From NCBI GenBank assembly GCA_965205955.1, contig OZ242192.1, positions 1,477,118-1,541,117 on the forward strand: a stretch of 64,000 nucleotides of DNA, written 5' to 3'. Source of the stretch: Gammaproteobacteria bacterium (GTDB taxonomy: Bacteria; Pseudomonadota; Gammaproteobacteria; Eutrophobiales; Eutrophobiaceae). The first letter of the stretch is position 1. Every line of letters begins with the position of its first letter. The position numbers and the translations under genes are program-made. Shown here piece after piece: positions 51,187 to 61,476 of the stretch. The notes beneath the pieces were generated by a model. It had not been told where the DNA came from and did not search any database. It was given only the letters and a program-made list of their open reading frames with translations.

Positions 51187-52058
51187 GAGTCATCAGCGTC
51201 CAACTGTTGCTGTCCCACCCAGTTACGTGCGAATTGCCACGCACTCCTGCCGCTGCGCGAGCCGCGCTCCAAAGCCCATTTCAATGCGGCCATGCGCACT
51301 GTTTCATCATATTGCGCCGCTCCGAGTTTGTTTTGCCAGTATTTGACCGTGACAAGATATTGTTCCTGGGTAAAGGGATGAAATGCCAGCCATAGGCCAA
51401 AACGCTCGGATAGAGATATTTTTTCCTCTATTGCCTCACTGAAATGAAGCTCTTCCCCGATATATTTGCTTTGCAGGTTATTGTCCATGTATTCCGGCAT
51501 CAGGTGGCGCCGATTCGACGTGGCATAGAGCAAGATATTTTCAGGTATGCCTTGAATCGAGCCGTCAAGTACCGCTTTCATTTGCTTGTAGCTGGTATCC
51601 ACTGCTTCAAACGACAGGTCGTCACAAAACAGTACAAAATGCGCATCCTGTCCGTCGAGCTGGTCAATGATATCCGGCAAGTCGGTTACATATTGTTTTT
51701 TGACTTCGATTACTTTAAGCCCCTGCGATTGATAATCATTCATAACCGCCTTGATTAACGATGATTTACCCGTCCCCCTTGGCCCCCATAGCAGCACGTT
51801 GTTCGCCGGATACCCGCGTAAAAATTGTCTTGTGTTGCGAATGATCTCCCGTTTTTGATGAGCTATACATTGCAGGTCGCCGAGATTGATGGCAGCAGGG
51901 TGGTTTACCGCCTGGATGTAGCCGCCATGTTGCGATTTTCGCCAGCGATACGCAAAGGCATTGAATTCTGAAGCCGTTTCCGCTTTCTGCGGGAGCAGTC
52001 TGTCGAGATGCTCATTCAAGCGCTCAAGTTGTGTTATTATTTTCTTGTTATCGGACAC
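51183..52058 (-). CDS. DUF815-family AAA+ ATPase.
   Basis: Walker A motif LLWGPRGTGKSS and Walker B motif FVLFCDDLSF are present. The family is a conserved hypothetical. Confidence 0.65.
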   Translation of the reverse strand: MSDNKKIITQLERLNEHLDRLLPQKAETASEFNAFAYRWRKSQHGGYIQAVNHPAAINLGDLQCIAHQKREIIRNTRQFLRGYPANNVLLWGPRGTGKSSLIKAVMNDYQSQGLKVIEVKKQYVTDLPDIIDQLDGQDAHFVLFCDDLSFEAVDTSYKQMKAVLDGSIQGIPENILLYATSNRRHLMPEYMDNNLQSKYIGEELHFSEAIEEKISLSERFGLWLAFHPFTQEQYLVTVKYWQNKLGAAQYDETVRMAALKWALERGSRSGRSAWQFARNWVGQQQLDADDS

Positions 52059-52225
52059 AGATAAGGCCGCCCATGCTGTTAAAGTGATGATTATACTTTA
52101 AATGTATGCAGATATTCCTGATCCGGCTGGAATGTTTTGCGGTAGCCGTCTTATTCTAAGGTAATAGAATGGTATTTTTGCTACTATGCGTCTACAGGGC
52201 TAAACGTCATTGGGAGGAGAGTGTA

Positions 52226-53485
52226 ATGTTTACTAAAGATATGAAGGTTGAAGGTTTCGATGATGAACTTCATCGGGCAATGGATTCGGAGCGAACCAGG
52301 CAGGAGCAGCACATTGAGCTAATCGCTTCGGAAAATATGACGAGTCCCCGCGTTCTGGAATGCCAGGGTTCGGTGTTGACCAATAAATATGCGGAGGGCT
52401 ATCCCGGCAAACGCTATTATGGCGGTTGTGAGTACGTTGATATCGCTGAGCAATTGGCCATTGATCGCGCCAAGGAATTGTTTGGCGCCGATTGGGTGAA
52501 TGTGCAGGCTCATTCCGGCTCGCAGGCAAACGGCGCCGTTTATCTGGCGTTGATTGATCCGGGCGATACGATAATGGGCATGAGTCTGGCGCATGGCGGT
52601 CATCTGACGCACGGCGCATCGGTTAATGTTTCCGGTCGGATCTATAATGCGGTGCAGTACGGGTTGGATCTGGATACCGGAGAAATTGATTACGACCAGG
52701 TCGAACAGCTTGCCCTTGAGCATAAACCAAAATTAATTATGACCGGGTTTTCCGCGTATTCCCGGATTGTGGACTGGCAGCGGTTTCGGGATATTTCCGA
52801 TCAGGTCGGCGCCTTGATGGTTGCGGACATTGCGCATGTTGCCGGTCTGATCGCCGTGGACGAATATCCCAGCCCGGTTCAGATCGCAGACGTTACTACC
52901 ACCACGACTCACAAGACCCTGCGCGGACCGCGTGCGGGGCTGATCATGGGCAAGGCGAATGAGGATATTCAGAAGAAGGTGAACTTTACGGTTTTTCCAT
53001 CTTATCAGGGCGGCCCGTTTATGCATGTTATTGCGGCCAAGGCGGTTGCCTTCAAAGAAGCCATGGAACCTGAATTCAAAACGTATATTCAGCAGGTGAA
53101 GAAGAACGCGAAAGCCATGGCGGAGGCCTTTATCGAACGCGGTTTACGGATAGTTTCCGGCGGCACGGACAACCATTTGTTTCTGGTCGATATGATTGAA
53201 AAAGGTCTGACCGGAAAAGAAGTCGATGCCGCACTGGGGCGCGCCAATATAACCGTCAACAAGAATGCGGTTCCCAATGATCCTCAATCTCCTTTTGTGA
53301 CCAGCGGTATTCGCATCGGTACGCCGGCTGTTACTACCCGGGGCTTTGATGAAAATGATTGCCGGAATGTTGCTGGCTGGATCTGCGATATTATGGATGA
53401 TATAGGCAATGATGCAGTGATTGAGCGCGTCAGGAATGATGTGCTGGCACTGTGTGCAAGCAGGCCTTTATACGATTGGTCCTGA
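52226..53485 (+). CDS. glyA: Serine hydroxymethyltransferase.
   Basis: Start at [15 protein letters not shown] after GGAGG. The PLP-binding region ...[12 protein letters not shown]... is present. Confidence 0.95.
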   Translation: MFTKDMKVEGFDDELHRAMDSERTRQEQHIELIASENMTSPRVLECQGSVLTNKYAEGYPGKRYYGGCEYVDIAEQLAIDRAKELFGADWVNVQAHSGSQANGAVYLALIDPGDTIMGMSLAHGGHLTHGASVNVSGRIYNAVQYGLDLDTGEIDYDQVEQLALEHKPKLIMTGFSAYSRIVDWQRFRDISDQVGALMVADIAHVAGLIAVDEYPSPVQIADVTTTTTHKTLRGPRAGLIMGKANEDIQKKVNFTVFPSYQGGPFMHVIAAKAVAFKEAMEPEFKTYIQQVKKNAKAMAEAFIERGLRIVSGGTDNHLFLVDMIEKGLTGKEVDAALGRANITVNKNAVPNDPQSPFVTSGIRIGTPAVTTRGFDENDCRNVAGWICDIMDDIGNDAVIERVRNDVLALCASRPLYDWS

Positions 53486-53545
53486 GCGGTATTCTTGCGG
53501 CGAAATGCCCCCTTCCATTTAAATAAAAGCTGACAGGCACTTTGT

Positions 53546-54061
53546 ATGCAATGTCCGTTTTGTTTGCAATTAGATACGCGCGTAATTGATTCACGGCTGG
53601 CCGGTGAAGGCCAGCAGATACGCAGACGCCGTGAATGTATTGCTTGCAAGGAGCGTTTCACCTCGTATGAAAAAGCGGAACTGCATTTCCCTCATATCGT
53701 GAAGTCCGATGGACGCCGGGAGCCGTTCAAGGAAGATAAATTAAAGGGCGGAATATTGCGGGCGATAGAAAAGCGCCCGGTAGAAATGGAAAGCGTTGAG
53801 AGTGCCGTCTCTCACATTAAGCACAAGTTGCGGACACAGGGAGACAGGGAGGTGCCATCCCGCCAGCTTGGGGACTGGGTGATGGAACAGTTGCATGGCA
53901 TGGATCAGGTGGCTTATGTGCGATTTGCCTCGGTCTATAAAAGATTTGAAGACACCGATGCCTTTGTGGAAGAAATAGAACAGCTTCGGGACACATTGCC
54001 ACCGAAACTGAAGAAAGATCAGTTCGATTTGTTGCGGGAATCAGATGGTAAAGAGAATTGA
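53546..54061 (+). CDS. nrdR: Transcriptional repressor NrdR.
   Basis: [18 protein letters not shown] zinc ribbon followed by an ATP-cone domain. Confidence 0.9.
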   Translation: MQCPFCLQLDTRVIDSRLAGEGQQIRRRRECIACKERFTSYEKAELHFPHIVKSDGRREPFKEDKLKGGILRAIEKRPVEMESVESAVSHIKHKLRTQGDREVPSRQLGDWVMEQLHGMDQVAYVRFASVYKRFEDTDAFVEEIEQLRDTLPPKLKKDQFDLLRESDGKEN

Positions 54062-55158
54062 CGTGGACACAGTCGGACTATGCCTGTATGTCGAGAGCCA
54101 TCCGTTTGGCCGAGAGAGGGCACTATACGACTGATCCCAATCCCCGGGTAGGTTGTGTGGTGGTAAAGAACGATGCGATCATTGCAGAAGGCTGGCATGC
54201 AACTGCCGGCGGTCCTCATGCTGAGGTTGCCGCCCTTGCCCGGGCCGCTAATGCCAACGGCGCAACATGCTATGTTACACTTGAACCCTGCGGTCATCAG
54301 GGGCGCACTCCTCCCTGTTCGGAAGCATTGATCAATGCGGGGGTAAGGAAGGTGATCGTCGGGATGATCGATCCCAATCCTGAAGTCTCCGGCAAAGGCA
54401 TACAGCAATTAAACAATGCCGGGATTAAAACCGCATCCGGTCTGATGGAGCGGCAAGCGGCGTTATTGAACCCGGGGTTCATCCGTAGAATGAAAACCGG
54501 ACGCCCGCATATTTGCTGTAAACTGGCAATGAGTATGGACGCAAGAACAGCGCTTGCCAATGGAGAGAGCCAGTGGATTACCTCAGAGCGCTCCCGGCGT
54601 GATGCGCATGGTTTGCGTGCGGCAAGTTCCGCATTGATTACCGGAATCGGCACCGTTCTCGCTGATGATCCCTTGATGACGGTGCGTGACTTTAACCGGC
54701 CCTTCCTGCCACCCATTAAGGTAATTATCGATGCAGGATTGCAGACGCCGATTGATGCCAGAATACTTTCTCCCGGATCCAGGACGCTGATATTCACATT
54801 GGCGGATGATCATCACAGGAAGCAGAGGCTGGCAAAAAGCGGGGCAGAGATCATTAGACTTGACGATGACGGTAAACGTCACTGGTTAAAAAACATAGTG
54901 CGCTACCTTGCGGAGAAGGAAGCAGTGAATGAAGTACTGCTCGAAGCCGGCGCATCATTGAGCGGCAGTTTCATCGAGAACGAATTGGTTGATGAGCTGA
55001 TTATATATATGGCCCCGAAATTAATGGGGGATGCTGCAAAGCCATTATTCAAATTGCCTCAGTTTGAGCAGTTATCGGATTGCCCGCAATTATCCATGAT
55101 CGATGTGCGTACTATAGGCAGTGATATTCGTATTCGTGCCATCGTGAATAAAAAATAA
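54058..55158 (+). CDS. ribD: Bifunctional riboflavin biosynthesis deaminase/reductase.
   Basis: CMP/dCMP deaminase motifs HAEVAAL...[14 protein letters not shown] plus a C-terminal reductase domain. Confidence 0.9.
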   Translation: MTWTQSDYACMSRAIRLAERGHYTTDPNPRVGCVVVKNDAIIAEGWHATAGGPHAEVAALARAANANGATCYVTLEPCGHQGRTPPCSEALINAGVRKVIVGMIDPNPEVSGKGIQQLNNAGIKTASGLMERQAALLNPGFIRRMKTGRPHICCKLAMSMDARTALANGESQWITSERSRRDAHGLRAASSALITGIGTVLADDPLMTVRDFNRPFLPPIKVIIDAGLQTPIDARILSPGSRTLIFTLADDHHRKQRLAKSGAEIIRLDDDGKRHWLKNIVRYLAEKEAVNEVLLEAGASLSGSFIENELVDELIIYMAPKLMGDAAKPLFKLPQFEQLSDCPQLSMIDVRTIGSDIRIRAIVNKK

Positions 55159-55192
55159 GTGCCGGGCCGAAGCACGGGTATACTTGGCATAT

Positions 55193-55792
55193 ATGTTTAC
55201 CGGGATTATCGAAGCAATGGGGGAGGTCATGGCAGTTGATGATCATGATGTCGATGTTCGGGTTACAATTCGTGCCGACGGCCTGGATTTCACCGGCATG
55301 AAATCCGGCAACAGCATTGCCGTGAATGGGGTGTGTCTTACCGTGGTCGATATCAGCAATGACCATTGCTTTTCCGCTGATATTTCCGGTGAAACCTTGT
55401 CATGCGCCACTTTCGGCACACTGCACCGGCATCAGCGGGTAAATCTGGAAAGAGCCCTTGCATCGCCGTTCCGGCTGGATGGGCATTTTGTCAGCGGTCA
55501 TGTTGACGGCATTGGTGAGATTAAGGGCATACGGGATGAGGGCCGTTCCTTGCGCATTCAGATGGAACTTCCATCCGGATTGTCGAAATACATTGCAAGA
55601 AAGGGATCGATCTGCGTTGATGGCGTCAGTTTGACCGTGAATGATCGTAGTGACAGTGGTTGTGAGAGTAATATTATTCCACATACTTTGGAAAAAACCA
55701 TAATTTCCGAGTACGAAATCGGCACCAGGGTGAATATAGAAGTAGATCTGATTGCCCGCTATCTGGAAGGCTTGATCAACAGCGGCGAATAG
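55193..55792 (+). CDS. ribE: Riboflavin synthase (alpha subunit).
   Basis: MFTGIIEAMGEV... with two lumazine-binding repeats (NGVCLTV / DGVSLTV). Confidence 0.85.
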   Translation: MFTGIIEAMGEVMAVDDHDVDVRVTIRADGLDFTGMKSGNSIAVNGVCLTVVDISNDHCFSADISGETLSCATFGTLHRHQRVNLERALASPFRLDGHFVSGHVDGIGEIKGIRDEGRSLRIQMELPSGLSKYIARKGSICVDGVSLTVNDRSDSGCESNIIPHTLEKTIISEYEIGTRVNIEVDLIARYLEGLINSGE

Positions 55793-55825
55793 GGGCTGGT
55801 TTATTATATTGGCAGATTTTGATTT

Positions 55826-56932
55826 ATGGCACTAAATACCACAGAAGAATTAATTGAACAAATCCGTCAGGGGCGGATGGTGATCCTGATGGATGATGAA
55901 GATCGTGAAAACGAGGGTGATCTGGTGCTCGCGGCGGCTTGTGTCAAAGCGGAAGATATAAATTTTATGGCGCGTTTTGGCAGAGGTCTGATCTGCCTTA
56001 CCCTGGCTGAGGAACATTGCCGACGTTTGAATCTGTCATTAATGACGAATTATACCTATTCGACGCATTCCACCAGTTTTATGGTTTCAATTGAAGCCGC
56101 CGAGGGTGTAACCACAGGGATCTCGGCAGCCGATCGTGCCAGAACCATACAAGCCGCCGTGCATGAAGGAGCCAAACCCTCGGATTTGGTCCAACCCGGA
56201 CATGTATTTCCATTGATGGCGCAGCCCGGGGGAGTTCTGTCACGTGCCGGTCATACTGAAGCAGGCTGTGATCTGGCTCGACTGGCAGGGTTTCAGTCTT
56301 CGGCGGTAATCGTGGAGATCCTTAAGGATGACGGTACCATGGCAAGACGTCCGGATTTGGAGCAATTTGCCGGGCAGCATGATCTAAAGATCGGGACTAT
56401 TGCTGATTTAATCCGGTTTAGAATTGAAAATGAAAAGACCGTCCGTTGCATCAATAGATGTGCGTTTCCAACAGAGCATGGAGATTTTACCCTGCTGACT
56501 TACGAAGATACGCTGAAAAAGAATCTGCACTTTGCCATGGTCAAAGGCAAGATCGATGGTGCGCGCCCCGTTTTTGTCAGGGTACAACTGGAAAACCCGA
56601 TATTGGAGCTGGCGGGCAGCAATAACCGGAGTCTTGGCTGGTCGGTACATGACGTATTGCAGCGGATCAGCTGCGAAGAGGCAGGCGTTATCGTTCTTTT
56701 GTGCAACCAGATCGAGCCGGGTGAACTGATCAATCAGATAGAAAATCTTGAACCCAATCAGAAACAGGCGGCTATCCATCCAAGACAGGAAGCAAGGGAT
56801 TTGAGAACCATAGGGCTTGGCGCACAGATCCTTTTAGATATAGGCGTTAAAAAGATGCGGGTTTTAAGCGCCCCCAAACGCATTCATGCCTTGTCGGGTT
56901 TCGGGCTGGAAGTTGTAGAATATATTTCATGA
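55826..56932 (+). CDS. ribBA: Bifunctional 3,4-dihydroxy-2-butanone-4-phosphate synthase / GTP cyclohydrolase II.
   Basis: DHBP synthase N-terminus (MVILMDDEDRENEGDLV) and a C-terminal GCHII-like domain. Confidence 0.85.
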   Translation: MALNTTEELIEQIRQGRMVILMDDEDRENEGDLVLAAACVKAEDINFMARFGRGLICLTLAEEHCRRLNLSLMTNYTYSTHSTSFMVSIEAAEGVTTGISAADRARTIQAAVHEGAKPSDLVQPGHVFPLMAQPGGVLSRAGHTEAGCDLARLAGFQSSAVIVEILKDDGTMARRPDLEQFAGQHDLKIGTIADLIRFRIENEKTVRCINRCAFPTEHGDFTLLTYEDTLKKNLHFAMVKGKIDGARPVFVRVQLENPILELAGSNNRSLGWSVHDVLQRISCEEAGVIVLLCNQIEPGELINQIENLEPNQKQAAIHPRQEARDLRTIGLGAQILLDIGVKKMRVLSAPKRIHALSGFGLEVVEYIS

Positions 56933-57426
56933 CTAGCAGAGCAGCACTACCACCGCAAATCAACATAATTGACGGCAGCGGCGCCGAGGTCGATGAAATT
57001 ATGGTGGGCATTATTGCGAGTCGGTTTAATGATTCAATTGTCGAACGCTTGCTGGAAGGATGTATCTCGACGCTAAACCGGGGCGGTGTAGATGCCGATG
57101 CAATTACCCTGGTGCGTGTTCCCGGCGCCTTTGAAATACCGGTCGCCGTTAAATCATTGATTGATAATTCCGATGTGGATGTCGTTATCACACTGGGTGC
57201 AATCATCAGAGGCGAAACCTCCCATTTTGATTTTATTGCAGCGGAATGTGTGCAGGGTATTTCTGCCGTCGCACTCCAGACCGGTGTGCCGGTTATCTTT
57301 GGTGTGCTGACTGTCGATACGGTTGAACAGGCGCTGGCGCGTTCCGGGCAGGGGGAGGGCAGCAAGGGCGTCGAGTTCGCTCTTGCAGCCGTTGAAATGA
57401 TCAAAGTGCTCAGACAAATCCGCTAA
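56929..57426 (+). CDS. ribH: 6,7-dimethyl-8-ribityllumazine synthase.
   Basis: ...IIDGSGAEVDEIMVGIIASRFND... and ...GETSHFDFIAAECVQG... are present. An ATGA overlap with ribBA is present. Confidence 0.85.
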   Translation: MTSRAALPPQINIIDGSGAEVDEIMVGIIASRFNDSIVERLLEGCISTLNRGGVDADAITLVRVPGAFEIPVAVKSLIDNSDVDVVITLGAIIRGETSHFDFIAAECVQGISAVALQTGVPVIFGVLTVDTVEQALARSGQGEGSKGVEFALAAVEMIKVLRQIR

Positions 57427-57446
57427 ATGTAAATGATGAAACGGTA

Positions 57447-57851
57447 ATGCGGATCATATCCAGAAGAAATGCGGTGCAGGCTTTGTATCAATACCATATG
57501 ACGGGCAAAAGCGTTGATGAGATACTGGCCGAGTTCGAAGAAAATGATCGCCGCATGAAAAATAGTGATAGAGATTTTTTCATAGCGCTGGTGACCGGGG
57601 TTATTACTCTGCAATCCGAGCTCGACAAACATCTGCGCCCGCACTCGAATCGTCCATTGAATGAACTGGACCCGATAGAACTAGCAATACTTCATCTGGG
57701 CTGTTATGAGCTCGAATACCGGCCTGAAGTGCCATGGAAGGTAGTCGTAAATGAAGCCGTTGAATTGGCAAAATTATTCGGCGCCGAACAATCGTACAAA
57801 TATATAAACGGTGTACTGGATAAACTGGCGCATGATCTGCGTCCGGCATAA
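57447..57851 (+). CDS. nusB: Transcription antitermination factor NusB.
   Basis: MRIISRRNAVQALYQYHMTG... Confidence 0.9.
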   Translation: MRIISRRNAVQALYQYHMTGKSVDEILAEFEENDRRMKNSDRDFFIALVTGVITLQSELDKHLRPHSNRPLNELDPIELAILHLGCYELEYRPEVPWKVVVNEAVELAKLFGAEQSYKYINGVLDKLAHDLRPA

Positions 57852-57878
57852 ATCGAAAAACTCCAGTGAGACGAGTTC

Positions 57879-58829
57879 TTGTTAGAATCGGACCTGATTG
57901 ACCGTTATTTCAAGCCTGCTGCAACCTCGCCTGCGGTGATACTGGGCATAGGTGATGATGCCGCGATTATCGATGTTCCCGCGGATGCGCAGTTGGCGCT
58001 GACCGTAGATACCTTGGTGCAGGGCGTGCATTTTTTCCCGGATACCGATCCCTGCAGCATCGGGTATAAAGCCGTTGCGGTCAATCTCAGCGATCTGGCG
58101 GCAATGGGGGCCAGACCGCACTGGCTGACCCTGTCGTTGACGCTGCCGGAGATCGACCACGATTGGCTGCGGCATTTTTCCAGCGGCTTTCACGAGCTTG
58201 GCCGTGAATTCAGCCTTGATTTAATCGGAGGGGATCTCAGCAGGGGGCCGCTTTCGATTACGGTGCAGGCATGTGGCCTGGTACCGAGGGGGCGGGTGCC
58301 GACCAGGAGAAATGCCGCCCCCGGTGATTTGATCTATATAACCGGCCAGGTAGGCGCCGCCGGCCTCGCGCTCAAACTAAAAAAAAAAGAACTACCCGAC
58401 AACGGCCAGTACACCCTTGAACACACCTGCCTGAACCGCCCATACCCCAGGATTGAAGCCGGATTACTCCTGCGCGAGCATGCCACCAGCATGATCGACA
58501 TATCCGACGGCCTGATCGCCGATCTCGGCCATATCATGCGGCAAAGCCGGGTAGGCGCAGAGATAAATCTGGACAAATTACCGCTAACGCCCAACCTGCG
58601 CAAACTGGGAGAAGAAACCGCATGGAACATCGCACTCAGCTCCGGTGATGATTACGAATTGTGTTTTAGCTTGGTTGGCAAGGATAACGCGAATCTGTTG
58701 CAAGAGATCAGAAATCATTGCCCCGTTACTCAGATAGGCCGCATTACCGATAGTAATACACTGACTTTATTGAAACCTGATGGTAAAGAAATGATAGCGA
58801 ATGAATCCGGTTACCAACACTTTGCATAG
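57879..58829 (+). CDS. thiL: Thiamine-monophosphate kinase.
   Basis: AIR-synthase-like fold motifs: ...ILGIGDDAAII...DTLVQGVHF... Confidence 0.85.
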   Translation: MLESDLIDRYFKPAATSPAVILGIGDDAAIIDVPADAQLALTVDTLVQGVHFFPDTDPCSIGYKAVAVNLSDLAAMGARPHWLTLSLTLPEIDHDWLRHFSSGFHELGREFSLDLIGGDLSRGPLSITVQACGLVPRGRVPTRRNAAPGDLIYITGQVGAAGLALKLKKKELPDNGQYTLEHTCLNRPYPRIEAGLLLREHATSMIDISDGLIADLGHIMRQSRVGAEINLDKLPLTPNLRKLGEETAWNIALSSGDDYELCFSLVGKDNANLLQEIRNHCPVTQIGRITDSNTLTLLKPDGKEMIANESGYQHFA

Positions 58830-59046
58830 TGGACTCGTATACTGGTCGCGAAAAAATATCACCAGATGCCCCACCAACGCCCGGTAGATTTCCTCAACTA
58901 CCGAAGAATCAAGCGGCGCGGAAAGAGCTACACCGTTACTCTCGGCGCCGATGGCTGGGGGTAGGGGGTATTTCGAGGTTCATTTCGGCATCTTTTTCAG
59001 ATTGTGGGCGGTGGATCAAACCCTTATATGAATGGAGCCAGGCTGA

Positions 59047-59985
59047 CTAGCAACACCTGGAAAGAGCATATTCTTTGTGCCAGGCTAAGGCGGAATCGTG
59101 GGGGGCTAAATTAGAATCACGGGAGTACTGAATCAAAGATCCATCATAATCCCCAAGAGAAGCATTTTCATTGATGGCTAAAATTTGCTTCGGCACCACC
59201 ACACGATACTTTTCATTAATCCAGAACATCCCTCTGTCAAACGACCAATGATGTTTGCGACACAATGCCATGCCGTTTCTTATGTCATCGGCACCGGCAA
59301 GGCGTTTCGGAACAATGTGCGCAGCCTCGGTTTCATAAACGCCGGTCAAGTCAACCAAAGAACCGGCACATATACAGCACTGATGGTTGTATGCCCGCAG
59401 AACATGGTGGCGAAATGCAGCAGAGCGCCCCGCACGTACTGAGTGAACTAAATTTATTGCCTCTTCGTCATAAAGGGAAAAATCATTTTGAGGGGTACCA
59501 TCAACAGCAGAAAACCCCTCTGAAAATTTGTCCGATCTCAATACTGCTTGATCAGAAAATGCAGCAGTGTAGCCAAACTCAAAATTAATCAAACAGGAAG
59601 GGTCGATACGAGAAATTATTCTGCTTCTGGAAGGTGGAGCACCGAGAAGAAAACCGCTTCGGAACATTTTTAAAAGCAATTCTTTATTGCTGATACGTTT
59701 TCTAACAGTTGTTCCCGGCGTGGGTTTGGAAATAGACTGCAAACAGGGGGGAACATTTCTGATCGGTAAGTAGGAGATACGATACTGAACAGCGCGTTTA
59801 TCAACATTTCCCCCCAGAACAGAATAGCCGCCAAAGCCTGGAGAGCACGGGGCAACACCGGTTAAATTCCTGTAGTCTGATTCAAATTCGGTCTGTTTTT
59901 TGGGAGGAACCTGCACGTCGTATTTCAGGGCAACATCGGGGTTGGATAAGTACCCCATAGCCTCGCATAGTTCTTTTGGTGTCAT
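59047..59985 (-). CDS. HNH-family endonuclease, the putative restriction endonuclease of a restriction-modification module.
   Basis: C-terminal HNH core ...YNHQCCICAGS...AAHIVPKRLAGADDIRNGMALCRKHHWSFDRGMF. The ATG at 59985 lies 1 nt from the upstream methyltransferase stop (59987). The longer ORF to 60111 would overlap the methyltransferase by 125 nt. Confidence 0.7.
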   Translation of the reverse strand: MTPKELCEAMGYLSNPDVALKYDVQVPPKKQTEFESDYRNLTGVAPCSPGFGGYSVLGGNVDKRAVQYRISYLPIRNVPPCLQSISKPTPGTTVRKRISNKELLLKMFRSGFLLGAPPSRSRIISRIDPSCLINFEFGYTAAFSDQAVLRSDKFSEGFSAVDGTPQNDFSLYDEEAINLVHSVRAGRSAAFRHHVLRAYNHQCCICAGSLVDLTGVYETEAAHIVPKRLAGADDIRNGMALCRKHHWSFDRGMFWINEKYRVVVPKQILAINENASLGDYDGSLIQYSRDSNLAPHDSALAWHKEYALSRCC

Positions 59986-59986
59986 T

Positions 59987-60799
59987 TCACTCGCCCTCTT
60001 TTCTGAATACGAGAAGGTATTCATGTACTTTATTGATAATGAACTTGTGCGGGTACCCAAGGGGGCGCATTTGGTTGTAGTCTTTTTGCCTGTCCCAAAC
60101 GATAATGTCATTTAAAACAAGATTGCTGCGCTGTTTGACAACTGCTACGGAATCCTGGTGCAGAGGGTAAAATCGACTTCCCTTGCGCAAATCCATCACG
60201 TTTAATATCAGATAACGACGGTCTTTTAACGCAATATCGATATTTTCAATCACGTCACCCAAAGCAGCCAGGAACTCGTCATAAGAAGATATGTTGCCAA
60301 TATCTGAATCCGAATCCGAATAGGAAATCGCCGCCTTTCCATCGCTGGACCGTCGCCTGTTCAAAATATCCCAGTATGGAGGCGAAGTAATACATACATC
60401 AACCGACTCTTCCGGCACTACATTAAGGAATGCGGAACGCTCTCTCGCGTCGCAAATCTCATAACGCCAGATCGGGTTATCTTCATTATTTTCGGCAAGA
60501 TCAAACAGACCAATGCGGTTAAGAAATAGATTCTTGTATTTTTCATTAATATCCAGCCCCACTGAAGGCATACCGGAACGAGTGGCGGCAACCAAGGTGG
60601 AACCTGAGCCTGCAAAGGGATCGAGGATAAAATCGCTTGGCCCCTGGGCATAGCAACTCAATATTTTCTGGACCAGTGAAACGGGGAAAGATGCGGGGTG
60701 AGATTTGCGATCTCCATCCCTGGCAAGATCTCTCCAAATGCTGAAAGAATTTTGCAACCAATCACGCCCACTTAACGCATTAGCGCGAGTAGCCATCAC
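59987..60799 (-). CDS. N6-adenine/N4-cytosine DNA methyltransferase (N6_N4 methylase family).
   Basis: Motif I is FILDPFAGSGSTLVAA and motif IV VCITSPPYWD. A 4-nt ATGA overlap with the upstream MT-A70 gene is present. Confidence 0.75.
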   Translation of the reverse strand: MMATRANALSGRDWLQNSFSIWRDLARDGDRKSHPASFPVSLVQKILSCYAQGPSDFILDPFAGSGSTLVAATRSGMPSVGLDINEKYKNLFLNRIGLFDLAENNEDNPIWRYEICDARERSAFLNVVPEESVDVCITSPPYWDILNRRRSSDGKAAISYSDSDSDIGNISSYDEFLAALGDVIENIDIALKDRRYLILNVMDLRKGSRFYPLHQDSVAVVKQRSNLVLNDIIVWDRQKDYNQMRPLGYPHKFIINKVHEYLLVFRKEGE

Positions 60800-61374
60800 A
60801 AAACTCCCTCCGCTTCATTCCCCCAGCTATCAAATCCTTCGTGGGAGCGGCGGGAAAAAACATCCAGGCGATGGGGGGGGAAATAACGCCGGATATCTTC
60901 GTACAGGATCGTTGGTTTTTCGCTATGTCTTTTTGCACTGGATTCAAATATCGTTTTCATCTTGCCGAGCGAGCTTTTAGAAAATTTACACTTCCCGCGA
61001 TAACCAAAAAGACAATGCTCCGTTGTAATTTGGTAGGGGCCAAATGGGCAGGGGCCGGTTCCCTTGTCCCAGGTCAACATCGTGTAATACCGAAAACCCC
61101 ATAAATCCATCAACTCAAATGCCTGTTGCAAAATAGGTTTGCCGCTGGAGCGGGAACGGCTGTTGGTAGCCCAAAGCCAAATAAACGCATCTTCGGCGGC
61201 CCATTTGGAAAGAGAAACACAACGGAATATCTCATCCTGCGTCATAGTCGGATAATCCAGTAACTTTCCTTGGTTGGGACGAACGCTGCGCCACCCTGTT
61301 TTACCCTGATCCCACGGTGGATCAACCACAATAGAACGATAAGAACCGGTAAATGGAGGATGAACCAGCTTCAT
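60796..61374 (-). CDS. MT-A70-family DNA N6-adenine methyltransferase.
   Basis: SIVVDPPW (DPPW motif) near the N-terminus. Start is taken at MKLVHPPF (61374). The ORF extension to 61449 is the translated terminator palindrome. Confidence 0.65.
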   Translation of the reverse strand: MKLVHPPFTGSYRSIVVDPPWDQGKTGWRSVRPNQGKLLDYPTMTQDEIFRCVSLSKWAAEDAFIWLWATNSRSRSSGKPILQQAFELMDLWGFRYYTMLTWDKGTGPCPFGPYQITTEHCLFGYRGKCKFSKSSLGKMKTIFESSAKRHSEKPTILYEDIRRYFPPHRLDVFSRRSHEGFDSWGNEAEGVL

Positions 61375-61417
61375 GATTTTAGAAAATCTATATGGTATGT
61401 TGATATGGTACCAAAAC

Positions 61418-61447
61418 CCACTAGTAGCCGCGGCTACTAGTGGCGAC
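61418..61447 (-). terminator. Perfect 26-nt palindrome followed by a T-run, probably the rho-independent terminator of fumA (minus strand).
   Basis: CCACTAGTAGCCG|CGGCTACTAGTGG forms a 13-bp perfect stem. On the minus strand it is followed by GTTTTGG, 30 nt after the fumA stop. Confidence 0.6.
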
Positions 61448-61476
61448 ACTTACGGAACGGCAAAAATGCATGATTC

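Noticed and set aside
59985-60111. N-terminal 42-aa extension of the HNH endonuclease ORF overlapping the upstream methyltransferase by 125 nt.
   Set aside because: An in-frame ATG 1 nt after the methyltransferase stop gives a conventional coupled arrangement. The extension is Thr/Ser/Lys-rich with no similarity to anything I recognise.
60796-61449. Full 217-aa MT-A70 ORF starting at the GTG at 61449.
   Set aside because: Its first ~25 codons are the translation of the perfect 26-nt palindromic terminator. The conserved methyltransferase begins at the internal MKLVHPPF (61374), so the gene was shortened.
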